A DNA stretch of 64,000 bases, taken from assembly GCA_000004985.1 (NCBI GenBank), contig GG738872.1. One strand, 5' to 3'. Position 1 is the first letter of the stretch. Every line of letters starts with the position of its first letter. Positions 26,401 through 36,596 of this stretch are shown here, piece by piece. This stretch comes from Naegleria gruberi (Eukaryota). A program made the position numbers and the translations under genes. The notes under the pieces were generated by a model. The model was not told the DNA's origin. It did not search any database and saw nothing but the letters and a program-made list of their open reading frames with translations.

Positions 26401-29353
26401 TCCTTTTGAATTGAACTTGAAGTAACTATTTTTAAATATGTAGGAAGTAACTGTGGTTGCTGTGGATGGTGTCTTGGTTACATCCCAAGATTTAAGTGTA
26501 TTCGCATTTAGATGATATATTTTACCATTATAGTAATCAATTGTGCCAGAAGTTATAGTTTTATCACATGTCTGAGTTAATGAAGGAGGGACAGTACAAA
26601 AACCTAAATTTGAAGACAGGAAGTAGTATGTGTCAGTTTCAGGGTTGTAGGCCAATGAATACATGGAATAGTAGCTTGTCATTGTTGTCAATTTTGTAGC
26701 TGTTCTACTGGCAAATGAATATCTATAAATATTGTTTGCAAAATCAGTTCCTTTACACATGAAAGCAAGATCTCCATTCTTATCAACAATTAAATTAAGC
26801 ACAGGTTCACAAGAAAGGGTAACAAGTGTGTATATTAAACCATTACTAATGGTTCTAATTCTCTTGTTGTTGCCTTCTGAAACATAAACTGAACCATTCT
26901 TGTAAACGATGCCTTGAACACCATAACCAACAGCAGAAATGGCTGGTTGACCATCTCTTGTATAAGATAAAGTACCTGTTCCCGCAATGTTTGTAACTTC
27001 TTTGGTCAATTGATTGTAGGATTTTACATAATTTCCATTGATGAAAAGGTATTCACCACTCTTATAGGATGGGGTAATAAAAGAACTTCCAGTTGGAATT
27101 GAGAAAATTGTTCTAATGATATTATCCTGGAGGGAAATTGATCGAACATTACCATTAGAATCTGAGAACATGAGACTGCTACCATCTGTTGAAGCATATA
27201 ACGTTGTAATATTTGAACAAGATGCATTAAGGGCTGGACCTTCATCTCCTAGAACTGTAGCTGTTGGATCACAGGCTAATCTTCTTACATAATTACTACC
27301 CCCAGTAGATTCCATTTTGAAAATAACTCCAAAGTTGACAAAGTAAACAGTGTTCATTATTGAGGTAATTAAGGAAGTTGCGCAAATATTAGCATTCAAA
27401 GCTAATTTATCCTGTACAGAACTAATACCACTTCCACAAGTACCAGATCCAACATAAGTTGATACACCATTGGTAGAATCATCAATTTTGAGGATCTTGT
27501 TGCCTTCAGTTACAACAAAAATCAGAGACGAATTTCTATTGGAAGCGATCATTTTGATTGTTGTACCAGAAAGCATGGTTGCATATACTTCACCTGTGGA
27601 AAAACAAGTAGCACAAGCATATTTAACGATGGACTTTGCAGGGTACGCCTTGTAAATGGTGTCTATGGTGGCCACATATGCAAGATTCTTTGAGACTGTT
27701 AAAAATTTACAACTGGAACAGGAGATTGTTTTCAATACGCCTGCTACGATTGGTTTTACATAGTTATCAGAATCGAGAATATAGGTTGCTTCAGGAGTTG
27801 CATAAGCAGCAATAACACCAGTCATTTTCACTGTCAATGGATCGCCAGTGGTTGGTTCACTGGTATATGAGAATGCAACCTTGTCAATTTTGTAATTAAA
27901 CAAGGAACCACCACACTTTCTAAAATCTATACATGTTTCACATTTTGTTCCATTGAAACCTTCATTACAAACACAAGTATTTTCACCCATACATGTTCCT
28001 TTACCAGAACAAACTTTAGCACTGGTTTCAACAATACCAAAACAAGTATTATGTTTTTGTGAACAATTGGATCCATAATGTGGAGAGGTACATTCACAAT
28101 TATCTGTTGCAATACACTTTCCATTACCAGAACAAACATTAGAGTTATTAGAAAGAATGCCATCACATCTATGAACACAAATTTCTACACCTTTAGAATA
28201 AGAACATTCATTACATGCGGAACATGGTCGAGAGAATTCACACTCATCACCAAATCTACCATTGGAACATGAACAATTATTTTCAGCAACACAAACACCT
28301 TCTCCAGAACAAACATTTGGACTAGATGCTCCTACAGCATAACATGTATGTTCACAAACATCTGGACCAATGCACTTAACTTCTGAACCGAATTCACTAC
28401 AAACATCTGGCAATGCTCCAGAAACATTGAAGCATATATAATCTGTACATTGTGGACCAGACCAACCTTCATTACAGGAACAATTATTTGAGGAAATACA
28501 TGTTCCATTTCCTCCACATACAGTTGGATCACTATCTGCCTTATTAAAACAGTGAATAGTTGTACAATCAGAACCATAAAATCCTGAATCACAATTACAT
28601 GTGGTACTAGTATTTGAAGTAATAGCACAAATACCATTACCACCACAAACAGTAGGATCTGATTCAGACAATCCATTACAGGTAATTTCACATGTTGTAC
28701 TATTGACATATGAGTTATCCATACATCCAATAACAGAGAGCTTTCTAACAACATGATTAAATCCTTCACACATGAAAATGTCACCAAATTCATTAAATGC
28801 CAATGATCTAACACCATCAACAAGAGCTTTTGTGGAAGGTCCACCATCACCTGAATAGCCATATGCATCTCCACCAACAAGTGTAAATTTTCCACCATTA
28901 GCATACTTTACAACATCACTAGAAGAATACAGAAACATTTCTCCTCTAGAGTTGAATTGAATACCAGAATAGGAGGATGAAACAATCATAATCTCTTGAG
29001 TTGAGAATGNNNNNNNNNNNNNNNNNNNNNNNNNNNNNNNNNNNNNNNNNNNNNNNNNNNNNNNNNNNNNNNNNNNNNNNNNNNNNNNNNNNNNNNNNNN
29101 NNNNNNNNNNNNNAAGAGTTCCATTTGATCCAATTGACAGAATAGATGGACCATCAGTTACATAGAGAGTCCCATTCTTGTAAACCACACCACCACCCCA
29201 TGCTGTTTTAGTTGTTGCAATGGTTGAAATATTGAACTTGAACATGGTACCACCACATTCGTAATTGTTTTCACACGCTTCTTGTGCTCTTACCTTGCAA
29301 TAGCAAAGTAAGGTTACCAAAGCAAAAAGGAGAAATTGTAGAATCCTTTTCAT
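14500..29353 (-). CDS. Giant (about 4,950 aa) single-exon type-I membrane protein. Order of regions: signal peptide, NHL beta-propeller repeats, tenascin-type EGF arrays (several clusters), a long run of about 40-aa Cys-rich modules, a REJ-like module, a Ser/Thr-rich stalk, one TM helix, and a short cytoplasmic tail.
   Basis: One uninterrupted frame runs from the ATG at 29353 to the stop at 14500; it is broken only by the 104-N gap at 29010..29113, and the frame jump across the gap is an artefact of its arbitrary length. The signal peptide is MKRILQFLLFALVTLLCYCKVRA. NHL-type repeats are visible (YGYSGDGGPSTKAL...FGDIFMCEGFNHVVRKL; GDNGPALSAQL...GNIYFTDSSNVVRKL). Dozens of 6-Cys EGF units are present (e.g. 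CSGNGKCIATDNCECTSPHYGSNCSQ). Cys-rich modules of the form CxxDxDCxxxxxxxCxxxxxxC repeat many times. The C-terminus is IIAPKPDMNLVALILLAIPVFALVAVVIAVIYLLKERSRNKNHV... (TM plus tail). Confidence 0.8.
29010..29113. other. Assembly gap of 104 N inside the 5' part of the giant gene.
   Basis: A run of N. The reading frame differs before and after the gap, so the real gap size is not 104. Confidence 0.95.
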
Positions 29354-30367
29354 CTTGTGTTGTTTTTTTTCAAATCAAAGTTGTTTTAGAGCGCGAAATA
29401 AGGTTTAATAAGGCAAACGAATCCAACACAACAATCAATAGAAAAACACATGTGCATGTTGAGTATTTCTTCTGCAACACAACAGGAGATAGATTCGCAA
29501 CGACAATTGCCTAGCATTACAATGTCAAAATACAGTGCATTTTGGTGAGAATGTTTATTTGGCACTGAAGGTTTGGAATGGAACTGAAGGATACACATGG
29601 AAATAGAGGAGCAGAAGCATTGAATGTACTCATCACTCAAAATTATTCAACAAGTAGCCAGTGTTTGAACGAGCCCTAATTTTGGACTTTATGTCCATAC
29701 TACTTTTGGACATGCCATCTCTTGTTGATTTGAAAGTTTGATTTTAATCACCTTTTTATTTCCTAATTCATCCTTCAGTTCCTCATTAACTTTTTGTTAG
29801 ATGAAGAGAGCACCTTAATACAAAACCAAAGTAGTATTGAATTCGCATCACTTTTTTATAATATATATTAATACCTCAACTAATCCTTATTCAACCTTCA
29901 GTTCCTCATTTAGGTTTGGATGTGTGGAGCGTAAGGCCAATTATTAGTAACCTTCGTGTATTCAAGTGCATTCTTCATTAATTTTGTGTGTTAAAAATAA
30001 TTTCAACAAACAAAATAATAGTGTTAACATGTTTCTGTGTGTTGTTTGAGCATGTATCACATTTCAAGAGTCAATACCTGGGATGAACTCAAATTAAGAG
30101 CTGTATGACATCAATGTACATGCTATGTGTTCAACATCTTAACAAATGAATCAAGTGTTTGGTCATTAATACAATGGACTTGCAAGTGAAATATTCCCTC
30201 ATGGCACATGTATTCTATTTTACATGGTGTGTTGCTTATTAATAAGAATCGAGAGAAATGCTCTGGTTCATGTTACGATGATCTTCCATATGGCATTTGA
30301 AACGGTGTTGATACTTGGAATAATTGTGAACATAGTATTCTGAGAATTGTAAGGAAATGAAATCAAT

Positions 30368-32436
30368 TTACTTTATACTGTTAAAAACAAACTCGATTTC
30401 AGCCATAGTTTTTGAAAGATATTCTTCTTCATATACAACTGTTTGTTTCAGCCTTCCAAAAGCCTCCAGTAAATTAAGTGTTACAATTTGAAAATGGCTT
30501 TGATTATTGGACCCATTTCCAAAGTTAGACAGTGGTGCAAAATGTTGAGGGTACTTTTCACATAGCTCCACATCATCGGATTTGGGATTTTTAGACATGA
30601 GGAGATATAATTCTAATAAATCAGCTCTAAACTCTCTTGTCAGGAACTTTTTCATTATATCAATACAGACCGTTCCATCACTGAAAGTTTTTGAGAGAAA
30701 CAAATCCATTTCTTCTTGTTGCGCCCCAAAATCTCCTACTACTGGTTGCTCTGTTTTGATAAAGGAGTAAACAATGAGAAAAACATTTTGTAGACTAAAC
30801 CCTGTTACCATTAATATTTTGGTGAAGCCATATAAAATATATCCAATGGTGTGGTTTATGTACATTCTGGATACTGGTCTAGTATAATCCAAAGCTGGTA
30901 TTGTGAAATATGAAATGTCTAATTGGGAAACAGCGTAATGAAGAAATGAAAAAAACATAGTTGGAATCAATACCAAGAATTCGACGTGGTACCCAAAAGA
31001 ATCATCATAGAGAAAGAACCATCTTAGAATTCTCCTCTTTTTCTTGAGCTTGCTCAAAAACTTTCTATTAAGGATAAAGTGAGCTATCAGCCCACTTCCT
31101 AACACTGAAAAATACACAACTGCCACAGAGATACAAATAGTGTCATAAATATAATTAACCAAAAATATGTTGGGGATAGAAGTCAATAGAAAACTGACAA
31201 TCACACCTTCACAAAGAATGACTGAAATAATAGAAATTAGAAATATGAATTTGGACATTAATACCTTTAAAATGATACTGTCCCTTTTAGAATAGTATTT
31301 AGCATAACAGTATCTACATGAATAATATCTCAAAGCTTGTAAAATAAGTAAAGATATCACTACAATAATTACAAGTTCTTCAATTAATGTATCCCACTCA
31401 GGGTCATAGTAAATTATATTCAAAATAATACTGGCCACACCCTGAGTAAGATACAATCCAGCACTAATAAATGGAATAATAAATCTACTCTTGATCATTT
31501 GATGATCTCTTTTAGCGAATAAGAGAATTAAAATAATAGAGAATTCGGCAACTCCAATGCATAATGCAGTCAATTTCCAACAATAGTATTGTGTTCTGGA
31601 ATTAAATGTAAAGGCATCACAGTCATCATGCCAATATGTGGAACCATGTTTAGTTGACAAAAGTGGAATATAATAGAACCTGTTACGTATTCAGGTAAAA
31701 AATTTTCTGGTTCAGGTGGAGAATACATGTCCACAAATACGAGATGTAATTGAACATCTGTTGTATCGGCTGGTACTACAATTGGAATTCTCATTTCCAA
31801 ACTTGTTAGGCTTGTTTCGTATTGTCTGTACTGTTGCCTGAGGGGTGTAAATTTCCATTCTGCTTTGGAAAGAAATAAATCTAATTGTTGATTTACAAAT
31901 CCATAAGAACATCCACCATTGAATTTAGCTTCGTTTCTTTTCAAGCAGAAGGCTTTTGGAAGTATTTCAAAATCCAAATCTCCAAACCTTTGATAATAAC
32001 AAAACATTCTGTACCTTACATCTTCAATCATTGAAATGGTTTTTCCATCTATAAAGGGATTCATATGAAAACTCTCATTAATTGATGGTATAAAATATTT
32101 ATCCTTATTAGAGAATAATTGAAGTGCCAAGCAAAAGTTTGGGCTCATTTTCGATGCCCTTAAATTGAGGGAAATATTTCGTATCGATGTATCCTGAATA
32201 AAATCATCAATACTCCACAGGAATCTTATCGGATCCGAATGATGCCTCACAAAACATTGTTCCTTTCCGTATACAGCATCTTGATAGGTAGCATTATTAA
32301 TATTATCTGTCATACTGCTTTCTAATTGAGTAATATTAGCTAATAAAAATCCGCAATCATTGAGGTAGGGATAAAGTACTAGTAGTACGTTCAATAAAAT
32401 CAGCCAACAAGTTTTAGGGTGCCTGTGAGATTTCAT
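30368..32436 (-). CDS. Receptor-like protein: signal peptide, a Cys-containing extracellular domain of about 290 aa, seven TM helices, and a cytoplasmic tail of about 130 aa. Two ORFs (31570..32436 and 30368..31660) are joined by an unresolved frame discontinuity.
   Basis: ATG at 32436 gives MKSHRHPKTCWLILLNVLLVLYPYL (signal peptide). The downstream ORF has 7 hydrophobic helices (LTALCIGVAEFSIILILLFA ... IGYILYGFTKILMVTGFSLQNVFLIVYSFI). The two frames overlap across 31570..31660. No GT..AG intron was found that restores the frame. Confidence 0.5.
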
Positions 32437-33402
32437 GTGATGATATTTTTATTAAGCCTCGTCGTGTTCATGCTATAAAATTCTTACTTTCTGAGTGGTG
32501 GAAGCACCGTTTGGGCTGTTGGTGGCTAAACTAGTGCGCAAGTAAGGATAAATAGCGCCTTAATATGGTTCATGAGTACACTTTTGTTCCTTGGATTTGA
32601 ACTAGAGGTACTCTTAGAACAATGGTGAATATATGATAATGTCTTGAACTCATTCAAAAACAAACCATTTAATAATTTGTAATTTACATACTTGATGTAG
32701 AACAAGGAAATGGTGTTACATGATGAAAATAATAAATTTAATTATTTGATGAACATCCTCGAATTAAAATGTTCCTAACCACTTCGCATTGTTATATTCT
32801 TGATGATTGCTCACACCTCATAAAGGTTTCCAGACATGAATCCACAAAATGCTTCCCAGTGTTGCTGTTGAAAATCAACAAAGAGAAAGGCTGTACTTTT
32901 GTTGCAGAATTTTTCTTGTTGCATATTTTTTAATATTTTTTAAAAAAATATTCAACAATAATCCCTGTATCATTACCATAGCTTAAAGATCAGGGTTTCA
33001 TGCAAACACCAACCTTTCACATCATCCCAACATTATCATCTATGTAGTAGTAATAATAGTAATTTTTATTTCTGGATTATCGTCATGAAATTTATTTTGC
33101 AAGATTGGAAACACTTTAATTTTTGCTGCTATTTCAAAATCTGCAACCTAAATTACATTCAATTACTAACACAATTACTAACAACCAGTTACATTGACTA
33201 ATGGATGAGTTGCTCGATATTACAAAACATGAACCAGGTTTGTGTCCAGAAACAAAAATCAGTTCATGCAAGAATTTAATTTCAATTGGCCACCACACGA
33301 ACTACTTTCTAAAAATATCAATCTTGCTTTAAAACAAGTATAAAAAACAAAGAAGAGGTTTGAATTCAAGAAAAACAATAAGAAAAAAAACAAGACAACA
33401 AA

Positions 33403-33861
33403 ATGCAATTATTTGTCAAGACACTCACTGGAAGAACTATCACTTTGGAAGTAGAATCTAATGATTCAATTGAAAATGTGAAAAGAAAAGTACAAGATAA
33501 GGAAGGAATTTCACCAGATCAACAAAGACTCATCTTTGCTGGAAAACAATTGGAAGATGGCAGAACTATTAATGATTACAACATTCAAAAGGATTCAACT
33601 CTTCATTTGGTGTTGAGATTAAGAGGAGGAATGCAACTTTTTGTAAAAACCTTAACTGGAAAGACCATTACAATTGAAATGGAATCGAATGATACTGTTG
33701 AGAATATGAAACAAAAGATATTTGATAAGGAAGGTATTCCTTCAGATCAACAACGATTGATTTATGCCGGTAAGCAATTGGAAGATGGAAGAACTATTGG
33801 CGATTACAATCTTCAAAAGGATTCAACTGTGCATTTAGTATTGAGATTGAGAGGTGGTTAA
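33403..33861 (+). CDS. Tandem di-ubiquitin (two head-to-tail 76-aa ubiquitin-type repeats ending in GG), strongly divergent from canonical ubiquitin.
   Basis: [18 protein letters not shown]...LRLRGG is followed directly by [18 protein letters not shown]...LRLRGG and a stop. Against canonical ubiquitin, repeat 1 differs at about 11 of 76 positions (including K11R) and repeat 2 at about 15 of 76. The Lys at positions 6, 27, 29, 33, 48 and 63 is kept in both repeats, K11 in repeat 2 only. GG is kept in both. Confidence 0.85.
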   Translation: MQLFVKTLTGRTITLEVESNDSIENVKRKVQDKEGISPDQQRLIFAGKQLEDGRTINDYNIQKDSTLHLVLRLRGGMQLFVKTLTGKTITIEMESNDTVENMKQKIFDKEGIPSDQQRLIYAGKQLEDGRTIGDYNLQKDSTVHLVLRLRGG

Positions 33862-34079
33862 ATAAGCAGAGTATCATAGATTCTCTCTATTATTATAAAT
33901 AAATCATTGAAATGTTCGATAAGAATTAATGAAACCAAAATTAACATCAAGCAATAACAAAGACCGTAATGGGATTGTAATGCATTCCTGGCAGGCTTTC
34001 CGTTGAAAATAATAATTGAAAATATTCACATGTGACAAATGATGATCTGTTTATGATTATTATTTTGAAAAAAAGGAAT

Positions 34080-34199
34080 GACTACGGCCATATCACGATG
34101 AATGCACCTCATCCCGTCCGATTTGAGAAGTTAAGCATCGTCGAGCCACATCAGTACTGAGGTTGGAGACAACTTGGGAACCTGTGGTTGCTGTAGTCT
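34080..34199 (+). rRNA. 5S ribosomal RNA gene (120 nt), dispersed copy.
   Basis: GACTACGGCCATA...CCGTCCGATTTGAGAAGTTAAGC...AGTACTGAGGTTGGAGACAACTTGGGAACC...GCTGTAGTCTT. Helix I pairs the 5' and 3' ends. The GAAGTTAAGC loop and AGTACT motif match eukaryotic 5S rRNA. A T-run terminator follows. Confidence 0.8.
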
Positions 34200-34202
34200 T
34201 TT
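34199..34202 (+). terminator. Pol III T-run terminator of the 5S gene.
   Basis: TTTT lies immediately after the 3' helix of the 5S rRNA. Confidence 0.45.
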
Positions 34203-34476
34203 AAGTTTTCATTAGTTATCTACTGAAATGAGAAGAATCAATATCAACCTTATATTGGAGATGTATATCATTCTTCTCCATTACACAACTTCACAAAATT
34301 GTCAGTGATTTTAACTCGGCCTAAAATCCTGTAAATATATTAGGATTATATTGTAATTTTGTTGATCTTTAATGTGAAATTAATAAAGTACTGTTTTTAT
34401 ATTTTTGGAAAGTTGCTTAATTGGGAAAATTGTTTAGATGATTTCTTAATACGAAATGAAATAAACATTGAAAAAA

Positions 34477-35573
34477 ATGATTCGAGGCACAAAGAAGATT
34501 TTTAAACAAGCCAGTAACAAAATCAAATTCTGGTTTCAAGGAAAGACTGTGGACAATTATTTCACCCTGAAAAATCCTCATCATCATGATCAGATTAATG
34601 AAATCGAAAGATCAACTGAGGGAAATACCAAATATTGGCTCCAAATCACCTTGTACTATCTCTTGGAGTATTTAATTCCCTTTCTTTGTATAGCACTCCT
34701 ATTTTCAGTTCTATTTTCTGGAATTCCCACTTATTCAGTGCCTTACTTTCGATTGGATGATCCTGAATTGAGTTATCCGATTACTTTCGACTCGAGTGGT
34801 GGAATACATGATAGTTTGTCACTGTGGTTCGTTGCTGTGGTGTTTGTGTTTGCAATTCCAGTGTGTACATTTGTGCTTTTTCACTTGTTGTTTGTGAGGA
34901 ACTTTCCAGACTTTCATCACGCCATGCTTGGATATATTCAAACTATAGCTCTTGCTATGGCAATGGTGGCATTTGGATGGCTTTGCTACGGATCTTACAG
35001 ACCTACATTTTTACAGGAATGTCAACCAGACATGTCCAAAATTGAGTCAATAATCAAGTCATCTCTCCAAAAATTCTTAAATATTCGCAAGTATTTTAAA
35101 CCAAATCAGATTTGCAAAGATCCTTCCAGATTCACACTTGGTTCTCCTTTTGCCACTCCTAGTTTTCCCTCAGGGCAAATTGCCTCAGTAATGTCTGTTT
35201 GGGTCTACTTTCTATTATATTATGCAGCCAAAGTAAATGTAAGTTTCATTTTCAAAATATATAGAGCTTCATTCAATACAAGACATGGAACAGAAGAAGA
35301 GGGCAATTCTTCAAAGTCATCCTATTCTTCCTCCTATTTCTGGTGCCAGTTTGGGTGGGCGTGTCGAGAATTGTCACTAATAGACATACTGTAGCTCAGG
35401 TCATTGTTGGTGGTTTGATTGGTATTATTTCTGCACTATTAGTTTACAGATACAAGTATTGCTCACTGTTTGGTATTGATGCCAAAACTCCAAATTATTA
35501 TTTGTGGTATAGATTGTATCCTCAAAAGAATCCACAAGTAGAAACTTCCCTCCAACCAAATACCATTCCATAA
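34477..35573 (+). CDS. PAP2 (lipid phosphate phosphatase / type-2 phosphatidic acid phosphatase)-like multi-pass membrane protein with degenerate motifs. Exon junction near 35240..35270 is unresolved.
   Basis: About 6 hydrophobic helices. A motif-2-like SFPSGQ is present, with Gln where PAP2 enzymes have the catalytic His of PSGH. Motif 3 is SRIVTNRHTVAQVIVG. Motif 1 is poorly matched (KDPSRFTLGSP). The first ATG is at 34477. The two ORFs (..35394 and 35343..35573) can be joined in frame only by a 26- or 32-nt GTAAGT/GTAAAT...TATATAG micro-intron. The alternative is a 1-nt indel. Confidence 0.5.
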
Positions 35574-36596
35574 GATGATGAAATTCCAATAGAGAAGTTT
35601 GTTATGTTATTAATATCAATCATGTAGGTAATTGTTTTATTATTCAATTTCATTGGCTCCTCCCAACTAATGAACCTTCGGGTTGCAATTTGGGAATGAA
35701 TTTTAGAGCACCTATTGAAATGTCACGCATAAAACAACAACTTGTACATCATCAATATTGATAATAATTGAAAGTATGGTAGCAGTAGTATAAGTTTAAC
35801 GAGCAAGGAGATTGATATTACATATTGTTACATTGTCCTCAGCCTATTACAAAATCTAATTATTATTATTAAACAATTATCATTCATCATCAAATATTAA
35901 ATATTAAATATACAAAAATTATGAAACTCTACATTCTAATAGATAACACAACTTTGGAGTAGATATGCAACAATACATAATATACATATTAATATTAAAT
36001 AAACCTTGCTCTATCTTTGTCAGGTTCCGCCCTCACATTCACTACCATCTTTAACTTGATATTTGTCATCGTTACGATGATCATCCGCGTGCTCGGAATC
36101 CTTCTTCATGAACAATTCCATCACCAATTGAATAATCACAAACACGATGGCAATATAACAACTTAATCACGCCATTTTAAAGTTCTTTTTGATATTTTTT
36201 TTAAAGATATTTTGTTCAATATTTTACAAAAAATTATAAATTGGATGTTTAATACTACATTAAGGGAAATGCCAGTTGTCTATTGTTGAGAATGACCAAA
36301 GAATGAAGTCAACTGTGTAATGAGGTCAGTATGAAGAGAGGAATTGGAAACAGAGGGAAGTGAAAATTAATTGGATCTTTATTTACAAAAAGAAATGATT
36401 GTTTGATTTAGGAAGTTTTTCTGTTGATGTTCAACGTCAGCTGTCCTTCAAAAATTCACTTACCCTTCTTGTGTTTGTTGACATTTCAAAAAAAATTGCA
36501 AGTCATTTATCCTATTCACAACCTTCACCACCTTCCTCACTGAAAATCTAGTCATCATCATTATAACAACAAAATTTCACCTGCCAAACATCACAA

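Noticed and set aside
15007-28272. Dozens of 60-190-aa ORFs on both strands inside the giant gene. These include the plus-strand ORFs (15007, 15353, 15818, 17651, 19328, 20807, 21601, 22913, 25133, 27470, 28078) and minus-strand out-of-frame ones (17472..28904).
   Set aside because: All are embedded in, and out of frame or antisense to, the 14.6-kb continuous coding frame. Their His/Val/Leu-rich translations are the typical artefact of reading Cys/Gly/Asn-rich EGF coding sequence in the wrong frame.
14500-29353. Periodic structure at the DNA level in the giant gene, which could be mistaken for tandem repeats or a CRISPR-like array.
   Set aside because: The periodicity lies in protein-level Cys spacing (EGF and Cys-rich modules). 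There are no conserved direct nucleotide repeats with unique spacers, and the whole region is one long ORF in a eukaryotic context.
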